A stretch of 61,354 nt of DNA, filler included, from Deltaproteobacteria bacterium (lineage in GTDB: Bacteria; JAEEML01): the NCBI GenBank assembly GCA_016283195.1. It is 6 parts of 6 records of this genome, joined end to end, with 100 filler letters (N's around TTAATTAATTAA, not from the genome) between each part and the next. Parts side by side here need not be neighbours in the genome. Positions count along the whole stretch, not along the records: positions 50,016 to 52,777 come from JAEEML010000005.1; positions 52,878 to 57,244 come from JAEEML010000053.1; positions 57,345 to 61,354 come from JAEEML010000056.1; 3 more parts are not named here. One strand, 5' to 3'. The notes under the pieces are model-generated. The model saw only the letters and a program-made list of their open reading frames with translations. It did no database searches and was not told the origin of the DNA. Positions within the stretch are counted from its first letter, which is position 1. Each line of letters opens with the position of its first letter. Shown piece after piece: positions 50,016-60,281 of the stretch. Both the position numbers and the translations under genes were made by a program.

Positions 50016-51569
50016 AGCAATGATAACCATGAGACAACCTGTGCCGAAAATTATTGCAAAATCACTATGCTCGCCGAGAAAAAAATCACCGGTGATACCA
50101 TTAGCCTGGGCACACTCTCTAAGAGTTTGGTAAAAGATACTCAAGGCATTGCCATGGAAAGTGATGTAACGCTTTCTATCCCGGCTAAGGATGTTTTCTT
50201 TAACCATCTTATCTCCAGCACAAATCCGGCTTCTATGAAAGCGGCGATAAATATTGATGCCTTAACAGATTATGTGGCCGGCCATTTTAACGGCGCTACT
50301 TTGCTTAGAGTTTATGGCGATAATTTAGATGCCGAGGTGCTGACAAAATGGTTTAAGAGCTCAGTTATCAGCGGCGCTACAGTAGAAGGCGATTTATCGA
50401 AAATAACAGGAGAATTTAATAGCACTAACGGCAACTGGGGCTTTTGGGAGATGGTGCTAAAGGGTATTGATATTGTGCCTGATGATCCCGGTAAGCCGGT
50501 GATCTTTACTCCCCAGGATGCCCTAACCGATCAATATGGCATAAGCTCCGGAGTAGTTATCGCTGTTTATCAAAATGATAATGATGAATTTAAAATAAGA
50601 GCTCTACAGGAGAGCGGCGAAAAGCATTACACAGCTAGGTATATTCTTGATGATGATGATAGATGCGGCGATGGCAAGCTCACCCAGGATGATACAATCA
50701 ATATCGATTTGGGCGCCATCGGTTATATGGACTTTTCCGCAAATATGGCTAGAACGGTAGCCCAAGTGCTTGTTAAGCAAAAATTGCAGGAAATCGATGG
50801 CGTTTCTGACGTGGACTGTAATACTAATGGGAACCTCTATAGCGCTAACTATATAGCTTGTAACTACACAGGAAAAGATATTAGCTGGGATGAGCCGCTG
50901 GAGCTTAGCATGGAGCAATTCCCCAATTTGCGGGTTACTCTGCCGCCGACCAATGCCCTAAATATTAAAGCCGAAGTGAAATACTCCTTGCCCGGCGACG
51001 GTATGCTGATGAGCAGCGATATTATTACCGTCACCAAGAATTGCTATGTTGCTGATGATGACTTCCTTATTAGCATGGCTATGAAAAAGGCTTTAGGCGG
51101 TAGCAATGTTTCATTAATAGGTAGTGCCAGTTTTGATGATGACAAATATATCTATATTTACCAAGGTGAGCCGCTCGATATTAGTAATGGCCTTAAGGTG
51201 CCGCTAAATGACTATAGCGGTAAAAATGTTCTGGCCGAGATGCTCATTCAGGAAGATGCGGTACCAGATGCCGTATTTACTTATGTAGCCGGCTCTCTCG
51301 ATGGCGATAGCGCTCTTTATGAAGCTGCTCCTCTTAGCGCTGGTGCCTATCAGTTTGTTGCTGCCGATATGCCCACAGCCGATGGCCTTTACGGCGCTAT
51401 TACTGTTCCCGGAGCGGAAAATAGCAGCGTTTATGGGCCAAAGCGGGGTAGTGGTGAGTGGGATTATTTCTACTACGGATTAATGGAAATGTTATATGAA
51501 TTTAATTTTGGTCGTATTCCGGTTGGGCCCGGGCCTATCTGGCCTATCTGGCCTATTATCGACCCATAA
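50016..51569 (+). CDS. Acidic hypothetical protein, probably extracellular (5' truncated)
   Basis: Frame is open from the contig edge; more than 500 aa; no recognised motif. Confidence 0.7.
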   Translation, partial: SNDNHETTCAENYCKITMLAEKKITGDTISLGTLSKSLVKDTQGIAMESDVTLSIPAKDVFFNHLISSTNPASMKAAINIDALTDYVAGHFNGATLLRVYGDNLDAEVLTKWFKSSVISGATVEGDLSKITGEFNSTNGNWGFWEMVLKGIDIVPDDPGKPVIFTPQDALTDQYGISSGVVIAVYQNDNDEFKIRALQESGEKHYTARYILDDDDRCGDGKLTQDDTINIDLGAIGYMDFSANMARTVAQVLVKQKLQEIDGVSDVDCNTNGNLYSANYIACNYTGKDISWDEPLELSMEQFPNLRVTLPPTNALNIKAEVKYSLPGDGMLMSSDIITVTKNCYVADDDFLISMAMKKALGGSNVSLIGSASFDDDKYIYIYQGEPLDISNGLKVPLNDYSGKNVLAEMLIQEDAVPDAVFTYVAGSLDGDSALYEAAPLSAGAYQFVAADMPTADGLYGAITVPGAENSSVYGPKRGSGEWDYFYYGLMEMLYEFNFGRIPVGPGPIWPIWPIIDP

Positions 51570-51673
51570 AACCAGAATCCCCTAGTTGCTGCGCTTTTTT
51601 ATCTTGCACAATATTGGGACACATATTCGGTTTCTTATTGGCTCCAATTTAGGAGAATTTTTAGGAGAATTAT

Positions 51674-52777
51674 ATGAAAAGACCAAATGTAAAAACAATG
51701 TTAATGCTTCTGCCTCTAACCTTGGCCGCCTGTGCCGGGGGAAGCGGCGCTAATGAGGCGCAAAATGCCTTTAAAACGGTTGACCAGCTGAGTTCCAAGG
51801 AGTGTAGCGCGGCCGAAGTCGGCTCCATGCTTTGGGAAAAAAAGAGTGGCACCATGTATGCCTGCACCGACGGCACCTGGCTGCCCCTTGGCGGCAATAG
51901 CCAGGCTATTAGCTGTGAAACCAAAGAGAGTGCCGATGGTTCCAGCGTGGCCATTATTTGCAACGGCGAAACCATTGGCTCGGTGAAAAACGGCGCCAAT
52001 GGGGAAAGCTGCCAGATCGTTGGCGAGCCGCTGGCCGATAACAGCCGGGGGGTAATGACGCTAACCATTAAGTGCGGCGAAGCCGAAACCAAAATGGAAG
52101 TCCCCTTCACGCCCGTGAACACCAATGAGTACAGGAAGCATGTTGTCGTGCGTTTCCCGGTGCAGGCCATTAAAGAAACAAAAACCGATGACATCTACGA
52201 AGAAATCTGGAAGAACTTTAAGGGTGGCGACAATGCAGAACTTACCGTGACGGACCTTGACTAAAAGTTCGCCCCGAGCGGCAAGGTGTTTATGCAGGAC
52301 CTCTTTGCCTCGGCCAATAAATCCTTTGTGACAATCGAAGAAACCAACGAAAAAGCGGTGGAATACAAGGTTGCCCGCCTCGAAGGGGACATCGACATTA
52401 CGAACCTCACAACCCCGGTTGTGAAGCTCCGCGTCAAGTTGAACTTGAGTACTAACGCTTTCGGCGCCTTTGGCGGATTTGGCTCGAACTCAACGGATGT
52501 CATTTACAACGCCAATGCACACTTGTCCGAGGCGTCCGATACGGTCGCCATCGACTTCCTTACCGACTACAAGGCTGCCCGCGTAAAGAACTTGGTTGAT
52601 GCTGGTTCTAAATTTGCCGCTGCCAACAAGCAGGCTAACGAAGAACTTGCCGCAGCACTTTAATTGAACAATAAGAAGAGCGAAGAATATCCGTTTTTCG
52701 AACATTATGCCCCAAATCAGATTGGCCTGGACGAAAACTTCAACAGCATCGTGTGGGTGATGGCGCTCATTGACCAA
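51674..52777 (+). pseudogene. Lipoprotein gene interrupted by two in-frame TAA codons (3' truncated)
   Basis: Lipobox LAAC; the frame continues through TAA 52262-52264 and TAA 52661-52663 to the contig end. Confidence 0.75.
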
Positions 52778-52877
52778 NNNNNNNNNNNNNNNNNNNNNNN
52801 NNNNNNNNNNNNNNNNNNNNNTTAATTAATTAANNNNNNNNNNNNNNNNNNNNNNNNNNNNNNNNNNNNNNNNNNNN
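52778..52877. other. Artificial contig spacer
   Basis: 44 N + TTAATTAATTAA + 44 N. Confidence 0.98.
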
Positions 52878-54244
52878 ACATCGGCAAAGCCTTTGCCAGT
52901 CGTCATCTCTTTGATAATTGTGTATTTATTTAGCGCATATATGTAAGAGAGGTAAATAGCGCTCTGGAGAGCATCTTCGTTATTGTAACTTCTATTGCTG
53001 GTTACATGAATATGGCTTTCATCGAGAGCCCTAGCCACCGCTTCGGCATTACCGGCGAGAGTTTCTGCTAATAGCTCGCGCGATGATTCAATAATATGGT
53101 TAGTTACCGCGTAATCGTCATTGGCTTCGATAGCGTTAAACCACTCCTGGCGCACCTCTTTATTAGGTATGCGGCAAGTGCCATCTTCACGGTTATAAGC
53201 CAGGTACCCCACATGAATGAGGTAAGTAAAAGCGTCGCCCCGGGTAGAAAAATCGGTCATGGTATTCATGTAGCGGGTGACATTTACCGGCACATTTTCC
53301 CCGGCCAGCATTTTTATGACATCATCCTTCATGCCGGCAAAATTGGCCTTAATACGGTCACTTATCACCGCATAAGTGGAAGTTTTGCCCCAATAATCGT
53401 CAAAAATGCCCTCCTCCATGGAGCGCACTACCGACTCGGGGTTATAAATCTCCAGACCATGCTGCTTATAGCCGTCGTACCAGCGGCGGCACTCGGCAAA
53501 ATCCATATTATATTTGGCGCAGAGCTCTTTTACCTCCGGCTCGGTAAAGCCGATAAATTCTGCCAGCGGCCCGCCGTCCAAAATGGTAAATTCCCTAAAA
53601 TTATTGAGCTTCGACTGCACTCTGTCGCGCACGATGGGGAGGATGCCGGTTAAGTAAGCAAAGTGGATAGCCGGGCGCAGGGTGTTACTCTTAAAGAGGC
53701 TATTTAAAAGGTTAAGGTACTGATTAAAAAGCTCTTCCGGTATTTTTTCGCGCACCAAAACATCGTATTCGTCCATAATTATGACAAATTGCTCGCCGGT
53801 TTTGTCAAAGACTTTTTGGAGGCACTGGGCAATGGAGTCATCATCACTAAAAGTAATAGTAGAAAATTGCTCGGCAAATTCTGTGCGAATATTCTGATGG
53901 AGCTTTAAAATGAGCTTTGGTAATTCCAGCGTAGCGCGAAATTCGCTATTGACATCAATATGAATAACATTGAATTTATTGAGATTCTTCTCAAAATCCG
54001 GCGTCCTTGAAATCTTAAATTGGCTAAAGAGCTCTCTTGAATCACAGCCTTTGGAGTAGTAAGCCGCCAGCATATTGCCGGCAATGGTTTTGCCAAAGCG
54101 GCGCGGGCGGGAGACGCAGAGATATTTGTTGCTACTGCGGGCCAGTTTTTCAATAGCGGGAATTAGCATGGTTTTATCCACATAGATCTCCGCCGCCACT
54201 GTTTCCTTAAAGTTATAATTATTAGGGTTCAGATAGATACTCAT
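52878..54244 (-). CDS. AAA-ATPase-like + PD-(D/E)XK nuclease family protein (3' truncated)
   Basis: Motifs YVDKT, SRPRRFGKT, DEYD, TGILP, WYDGY, YNP, IPNKEV, GKGFAD. Confidence 0.92.
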
Positions 54245-54358
54245 AAAAGCCTCCCGGCGGCGCAGTATAGCATAGGCGCCGGTGCCCGGCTAGGGCCTTT
54301 AGGGTGAGAGCTATGACTTGAGCGGTAAAAGTGCCTGCTTTGGCCACTTCCGGCGGGG

Positions 54359-56689
54359 TTAGTCTTTTATGCAACGCACCGAGCGACCGTCCCACTCATG
54401 GCTGCTGCGCACTTCCACGCTGCTATCCACAATTAGGTGGAGATAGCTGCAGCAGGAGCGGTTACTGTTTTTCGTACTGGACCAGAAGCTGGCGCTCGCC
54501 CCGAAAAGCAAGTAGCTTCTTCCGATGTAGGAGTATTCCCCGGCCGGGAGCGCCCCAAAGCCATAGTTATCTTTTCCTGCCCAGCTGCTATGTTTGAGAC
54601 TATCAGCACCTTCTTTTCCTGCTCCAACATAGGCCAATAGTTTTTCAAAATCTGTTTTTGTTGGCAAATGCCAGCCACTGGGACACACCTTTTTAGTATC
54701 AAACCATGAGTATAAGCAGCCATAATTTCTAATAAATCTTGAATCTTTATCAGTATTGGCTTTGCAGTTAATACTATCTTTGAAGATACCACTATCAGTG
54801 ATATACCTCATATTTTCTGCCATCCAGGTTTGATTGCCGATTTTTACAGTTTTATAGGTATTGCCATCGCGCTGGTCGGTAAATGAGCCGTATTCCACCT
54901 TATTCTCAGCTACTGCCTGGGAGGCAGCATTATTGTCTTGAGACTGAACAGGCTCCTTAGTAGCTGTTTTGGAGGCATCATTGCTAAGCGGCGCTTTTTT
55001 CTGCTCCTCATTATTTATCTCTTTTATGCAGCGTACCGAAATGCCGTCACCCTTCCAGTATTCGTGCACACCAGCTTTGCTATCCACAATTAGGCTGTAT
55101 GCGTAGATTTCATTGCTTTCCGTACTGGACCAGAAGCCAGAGCCCGACCCGAAATACTTGTAGCCGCCGTTGGAGTAGTTGCCGGCCGGGAGCGCCGAAA
55201 AGCCATAGTTATCTTTTCCTGCCCAGCTGCTATGTTTGAGATCATCAGCCCCTTCTTTTCCTACTCCAACATAGGCTAATAGTCTTTCAAAATCTGTTTT
55301 TGTTGGTAAATGCCAGCCACTGGGGCACACCTTTTTAGCATCATCCCATGAGTATAAGCAGCCATAATTACTAATAAATCTTGAATCAGCATCAGTGTCG
55401 GCTTTGCAGGTAACATTCTTACTGATATATCTCATATTTTCTGCCATCCAGGTTTGCTTGCCGATTTTTACAGTTTTATAGGTATTGTCATCGCGCTGGT
55501 CGGTAAATGAGTCATATTCCACCTTATTCTCAGCTACTGCCTGGGAGGCAGCATTGCTAAGCGGCATTTCTTCCTGCTCCTCATTATTTATCTCTTTTAT
55601 GCAACGCACCGATAAATAGCTGGCACTTTTACCGCTATTGACTATGGTTTTGCTCGCATCGACATAGAGGCCATAAGCATTCTTTTTATTTTGTTCCGTG
55701 CTGGACCAAAAATAAGCTGCCACCTCGCCCTCTGAACAGCCTTTTTTCTCACATTTGCCGGCCGGGAGCGCTCCAAAACCGGATACATTTTTCCCTCTGT
55801 CCCATTTTCTGTGTCTTAAATTATCCGAACCTGTTTCCCCTTTGCCAACGCTGGTTAAAAGGCGCTCAAATTCTACTCTTGAGGGGAGGTGCCAGCCATT
55901 GGGGCAGACTTTTTTAGCATCGGCAAAATTATATAAATATCCGTATTCATTGGGCTTTTGTGTTGATTTGAAATCTATTCCATCAGCAATATATTTCATA
56001 TTCTCGGCCAGCCAGATTTGCTGTCCGATTTTTACTGTCTTATAAGTATTGCCATCGCGCTGATCGATAAAAGTATTTAGAGTGTTCTCTTCTTCGGCGT
56101 CCTTAATACAACGCACCGAAAGAAAATCTGTACCCTGGCTGTTGCAGCTCTTGGCCGAAACGCTGCCTGGCCCTATCGTCATGGAGTAGGCGTCATTATT
56201 ACTCTCTTTGCTGCACTTGGTAACTGTCCAAAAATAGGCCATAGAGCCCAAAGAAGCAAAGCTATCCGCTTTAAAAGCACCGGCCGGCAGAGCCGAAAAA
56301 CCGGAGCCGTTTTTGCCGTCTTTCCAGCTACTGTCCCGGAGATTTTCAGAGCCTTCCTGCCCTTCGCCGACATGGACCAAAAGGCGGCTAAATTCCACTT
56401 TCGAAGGCAAATGCCAGCCGGCGGGGCACACTTTTTGAGCATCGGCCCAGCTATAGAGGCAGCCGTAATTCTTTACGGAAGCACCATGTTTGGCATCCGA
56501 GCGGCAAGCAATATCATCGGCAATATACTTCATATTTTCGGCCAGCCAGACTTGGTTACCTATTTGCACCGTCTTATATTTAGTGCCGTCGCGCTGGTCG
56601 GTAACCGAGCCATATTCCTGAGCCAAAGCTGTAGAAGTCGTAAAGATCATAAAAGATAAAAACACAGCTTTTAAATAAGCAGCAGACAT
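54359..56689 (-). CDS. Secreted protein with four tandem FISUMP domains
   Basis: Signal peptide; four copies of D.RD...YKTV.IG.Q.W.AEN...CP.GWHLP...ALPAG...FW...SVRCIK. Confidence 0.95.
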   Translation of the reverse strand: MSAAYLKAVFLSFMIFTTSTALAQEYGSVTDQRDGTKYKTVQIGNQVWLAENMKYIADDIACRSDAKHGASVKNYGCLYSWADAQKVCPAGWHLPSKVEFSRLLVHVGEGQEGSENLRDSSWKDGKNGSGFSALPAGAFKADSFASLGSMAYFWTVTKCSKESNNDAYSMTIGPGSVSAKSCNSQGTDFLSVRCIKDAEEENTLNTFIDQRDGNTYKTVKIGQQIWLAENMKYIADGIDFKSTQKPNEYGYLYNFADAKKVCPNGWHLPSRVEFERLLTSVGKGETGSDNLRHRKWDRGKNVSGFGALPAGKCEKKGCSEGEVAAYFWSSTEQNKKNAYGLYVDASKTIVNSGKSASYLSVRCIKEINNEEQEEMPLSNAASQAVAENKVEYDSFTDQRDDNTYKTVKIGKQTWMAENMRYISKNVTCKADTDADSRFISNYGCLYSWDDAKKVCPSGWHLPTKTDFERLLAYVGVGKEGADDLKHSSWAGKDNYGFSALPAGNYSNGGYKYFGSGSGFWSSTESNEIYAYSLIVDSKAGVHEYWKGDGISVRCIKEINNEEQKKAPLSNDASKTATKEPVQSQDNNAASQAVAENKVEYGSFTDQRDGNTYKTVKIGNQTWMAENMRYITDSGIFKDSINCKANTDKDSRFIRNYGCLYSWFDTKKVCPSGWHLPTKTDFEKLLAYVGAGKEGADSLKHSSWAGKDNYGFGALPAGEYSYIGRSYLLFGASASFWSSTKNSNRSCCSYLHLIVDSSVEVRSSHEWDGRSVRCIKD
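54560..55555 (-). repeat. Recent internal duplication of FISUMP domains 3 and 4
   Basis: About 54560-54930 is near-identical to about 55205-55555 at DNA level. Confidence 0.88.
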
Positions 56690-56774
56690 ATAACCTCCAA
56701 CAAAATACCAACCGGTCTATTTAACTCTAGGTGGCGGTAACAACAAGCGGCCTTGCAACAGCCTATAACCGAAA

Positions 56775-57244
56775 CTAGCAGTTAATTTCAAATTCCTCCA
56801 TCAGACACTCGTGGGTCTTGCTCTTTTCATCGTAATTCACGCCGATAAAGAGCAATTTGCCCTGATAATGCGCAAGTGAGGAGAAATATTTCTTGGCTCT
56901 AATCTGGGTGAGCGCCGTTTCCGCGTTGCTGTTTCTTTTAAGCTCAATAATCATGGCCGGAAGGCCCGCTACAAAGGGGATAAAGACCACATCGGCAAAG
57001 CCTTTGCCAGTCGTCATCTCTTTGATAATTGTGTATTTATTTAGCGCATATATGTAAGAGAGGTAGATGGCGCTCTGGAGTGCATCTTCGTTATTGTAAC
57101 TCCGGTTACTGGTTACATGAATATGGCTTTCATCGAGAGCTCGCGCCACCGCTTCGGCATTTCCCGCGAGAGTTTCTTTTAAAAGCTCTTCGGAAGCCTC
57201 TATAATACGCGTAGTTACTTCATAATCGGGCAAAATGGAAACAG
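56775..57244 (-). CDS. Second AAA/PD-(D/E)XK paralog, C-terminal nuclease part (5' truncated)
   Basis: GKGFADVVFIP...IIELK...ALTQI; 56989-57180 nearly repeats 52878-53070. Confidence 0.9.
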
Positions 57245-57344
57245 NNNNNNNNNNNNNNNNNNNNNNNNNNNNNNNNNNNNNNNNNNNNTTAATTAATTAA
57301 NNNNNNNNNNNNNNNNNNNNNNNNNNNNNNNNNNNNNNNNNNNN
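57245..57344. other. Artificial contig spacer
   Basis: 44 N + TTAATTAATTAA + 44 N. Confidence 0.98.
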
Positions 57345-58055
57345 AACGACGTCTCTTTTATCATCGACGAGCAGATGAATCTCTATGAGCAGCAATCGAG
57401 CTACAACCCCAATATGCCACTCCGCCTCTTTCAATATGCTGCTTCTCTTTTTGAGCAATATATTACAAATCACAAGAAAAACCGTTTCGGACCTAAGCTG
57501 TTAATGCTGCCCACCCCCAAGCTGGTGGTCTTTTACAATGGTAAAAAGGAAGTGGCCGATGAGACAATTCTGCGCCTTAGCGACAGCTTCAAAGATGGAG
57601 ACAAAGGCGATATTGAAGTTAAAGTGCGTATGCTTAATATCAATTATGGGCATAGTCAAAAACTTTTGGCTGCTTCTGCGCCGTTAAAGGAATATTCATG
57701 GATTATTCACCACATAATGAGTTATAATAAGGAGATTGGGCTGGCCGAGGCTATCACCAAAGTCATAGGCGAGATGCCCGGCGATTTTGTCTTAAAACCC
57801 TTTATGGTGCGTCATCGGAGCGAGGTGCTGGATATGCTGCTTACAGAATACAATGAAGTAGAAGAGCGCGAAATTATGTGCCAAGATGCTTGGGAAGATG
57901 GCGAAGCCAGCGGTATTATAAAAGGACGGAAAGAAGGCAAAATCGAAGGCAAACGTGAAGCAGCTCAAAAGATGCTAGCCCTAAAAATGGATACCGCCAC
58001 TATATCTGCTGTAACCGGCCTTTCAAAGAGCGATATTGACGCGCTAAAGTGCTGA
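57345..58055 (+). CDS. Rpn-like PD-(D/E)XK nuclease/putative transposase (5' truncated)
   Basis: NDVSFII, EQQSSYNPNMPLR, VVFYNG, LNIN, EGKIEGK repeats, VTGLS tail. Confidence 0.85.
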   Translation, partial: NDVSFIIDEQMNLYEQQSSYNPNMPLRLFQYAASLFEQYITNHKKNRFGPKLLMLPTPKLVVFYNGKKEVADETILRLSDSFKDGDKGDIEVKVRMLNINYGHSQKLLAASAPLKEYSWIIHHIMSYNKEIGLAEAITKVIGEMPGDFVLKPFMVRHRSEVLDMLLTEYNEVEEREIMCQDAWEDGEASGIIKGRKEGKIEGKREAAQKMLALKMDTATISAVTGLSKSDIDALKC

Positions 58056-58086
58056 AAATTATTTTCGCCTACAACTACTTATCCAC

Positions 58087-58290
58087 CGAGCCCCACCCCG
58101 CCGGGGCAGCTACTCAGATCCGGTCTCAAGTGCGTCCCTTGGTCGTGCAAAGGAAGAGGGGGTTCGGGGAGGAACTTTACAAATTCTCCAAATAGCATAG
58201 CTTTAAATCCATGGGGTGTGTACCTGACCCAAGCCACGGCGCGGCTCGCAGCAAGGACCGCCCAGCCGGTTAACCGTGGAAGAGCCGGCA
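58087..58290 (-). ncRNA. Candidate structured non-coding element
   Basis: Nested long-range pairing between 58087-58142 and 58209-58248; GC-rich island in an intergenic region. Confidence 0.45.
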
Positions 58291-58505
58291 ATTTTTTCAA
58301 GATCAGTTGAGAACTGCGCTATTTTCAAGGGGTCTCATACGGATAATCGGCAAAGTAGGCACGAAAAATGGGGGGGAAAATGATGGAATATCAGGACAAA
58401 GTTGCAGAACCATGCTCTATTAAAGAGAGCATAGCTAATGGCGATTGAAGAACTTGCAGCTGGTGGAGAATCTTTGTGACATAGCAAGGAAAAAAAGCAC
58501 CTCCA

Positions 58506-58534
58506 TTGACTCTTTGCGGAAGGTGAACTATATA
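58506..58534 (+). promoter_or_regulatory. Sigma70-like promoter
   Basis: TTGACT-17 nt-TATATA before the AGGAGG RBS of the gene at 58558. Confidence 0.5.
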
Positions 58535-58557
58535 GAGCTGAATTTTAGGAGGCTCAA

Positions 58558-59181
58558 ATGAGACTTGGATTAGTTAAAAGAATAACGCTGCTATTAATGA
58601 GTGCCGCCATGGCCATTATATTTTTATACCCCGAACAAAGCTATGCCCAGAAAAGCGTCAGTGAACTGGAGGCGAACGTCAATGCCAGCGGGCGAACTCA
58701 CCTCAACATGGGGGCGCGCATTTCCGGCGAAATAGGCATGGGGCTTCTCGGGGCCGTCAGCGCCTTAGTGGGCGGCGGGGTAATATTTTTGGCCACCATG
58801 AGTTTCGGCGGCATAGCCGGCGGTATATTGGGCTACGAACTGACCGTTACCCCGCTGGTAGCCGGCGGCACCTATCTCGGCGGCTGGCTGGCCGGAGGGC
58901 GCGGCAAGGCCGGACCGGTATTTGGCGGCGCCTATATTGGCTCTATACCCGGTTATGTGCTGTTTGTACTGGGAATCACTGTCGGTACTCGTGACGCTTT
59001 GCTGATAGCCTCAGCCATCGCTACCCCCCTTCTAAGTTTGCTGGGAGCAATCGTTGGTTATGAACTCTCCGAAAAAGCTCAAACCAGGCGCCTGCAAGAC
59101 GAAAAGAACGCTCTAACTGCCGGTTCCACCGGCAAGCTGTCGTCCCCGTTTATGATTAACCTTCTTTCGGGAACTTTTTAA
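58558..59181 (+). CDS. Gly-rich hydrophobic secreted/membrane protein
   Basis: Signal peptide, GxxxG-rich helices, C-terminal LLSGTF. Confidence 0.7.
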   Translation: MRLGLVKRITLLLMSAAMAIIFLYPEQSYAQKSVSELEANVNASGRTHLNMGARISGEIGMGLLGAVSALVGGGVIFLATMSFGGIAGGILGYELTVTPLVAGGTYLGGWLAGGRGKAGPVFGGAYIGSIPGYVLFVLGITVGTRDALLIASAIATPLLSLLGAIVGYELSEKAQTRRLQDEKNALTAGSTGKLSSPFMINLLSGTF

Positions 59182-59203
59182 TTCCCGGCCGAGTTGTTTG
59201 CAA

Positions 59204-59908
59204 ATGAAGAAAACCATAGTTTTGACAATTCTGTGCTTAATTCTGCTTCTCTTTATTTATGGAGGATTGCTGGGAACTTCCTATACGCTGAACTGGTGGT
59301 GGCCGGAATATGTGGAAAAGACAGAGGAGCAGGGTATTGAATTTGCGGCCATGGCGCGCAATGACTGCCCCTTTCCCAATCATCATATTTACCAGAAATA
59401 TCGGCTCTTTGCCAAAAGAAAGTGGTATTACCCCTATGATGAGCTGACTGACTCCTATTTTATTGCCGATTCAGAATTGTACCCGGGGAGTTTTGCGCCG
59501 CGGGCCCAGGTTTTTACTTTAGATGGCCAGCAGTATGTGGCTGTTTTTGAGAAAACCGCGACTAAATATGAACCTCTCACTGAGCGCTTAGACAAAATTG
59601 TTATCTTTGAGCCCCAGAAGCTGGGCGAACGGGGGGTATATAAAACAATTAGATGGATGAAAGATTTTAATTGCGCGGTGGATTATTCGCTGTCACGCGA
59701 CAAAACCGCGCTAACGAATATTAAAACCGTGCTTAGTAATTTGGGACAGGATACTTCGTGTATTGATAATATTATCGCTTGTTTCCCGGATTACAGCTGT
59801 GAAAACGTGGAAAATAGAAATGTACCGAGAAACAGTTATAAGCTTTTCGGGATTATCGAGGTCACGGTTAGTGAGCACAAAAATCAGTATGCGGTTTTAA
59901 GCAAGTAA
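59204..59908 (+). CDS. Hypothetical membrane-anchored protein
   Basis: MKK plus hydrophobic N-terminus; 234 aa. Confidence 0.7.
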   Translation: MKKTIVLTILCLILLLFIYGGLLGTSYTLNWWWPEYVEKTEEQGIEFAAMARNDCPFPNHHIYQKYRLFAKRKWYYPYDELTDSYFIADSELYPGSFAPRAQVFTLDGQQYVAVFEKTATKYEPLTERLDKIVIFEPQKLGERGVYKTIRWMKDFNCAVDYSLSRDKTALTNIKTVLSNLGQDTSCIDNIIACFPDYSCENVENRNVPRNSYKLFGIIEVTVSEHKNQYAVLSK

Positions 59909-60281
59909 ATTCTTTGCGCAGCTGGGCGGCGAGAATATAGGATAGCCGAACCTATGTAACCATTGATATTTATATATAAATTAATTTAATGATATTCGGA
60001 ACAAAAATTTAATCTCGCCAGCTCTTCACAGAAATGGTGTCTGTAGCAGACAAGCTGTTTTTTTGCTGTCTTAGCCCGGGACGCTGTAATTAGGCTCATA
60101 TAGCATGGCTGTTTTTTTTTCGAAAGAACAACGCAGATGCCCCCACAATTATCTAATAAAGTAGTGGACAACGGTTGATATTTGCAGTATTTTTCGCGCG
60201 CCTGATTTATGGGTACAGAGATAACGGCTTTGGTTTAAGCTGGGCCGGATGGAGATAAAGATGTCGCAAAGCTTAGAGGAG

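Noticed and set aside
52262-52663. TAA stop-codon reassignment
   Set aside because: Many intact genes here end in TAA, so nonsense mutations are the simpler explanation.
54321-55636. 15-bp inverted match AGCGGTAAAAGTGCC / GGCACTTTTACCGCT
   Set aside because: A few such matches are expected by chance in 61 kb, and there is no invertase nearby.
21610-57344. Five identical TTAATTAATTAA motifs within N runs
   Set aside because: Artificial all-frame-stop contig linkers. ORFs that run into them and synteny across them are not biological.
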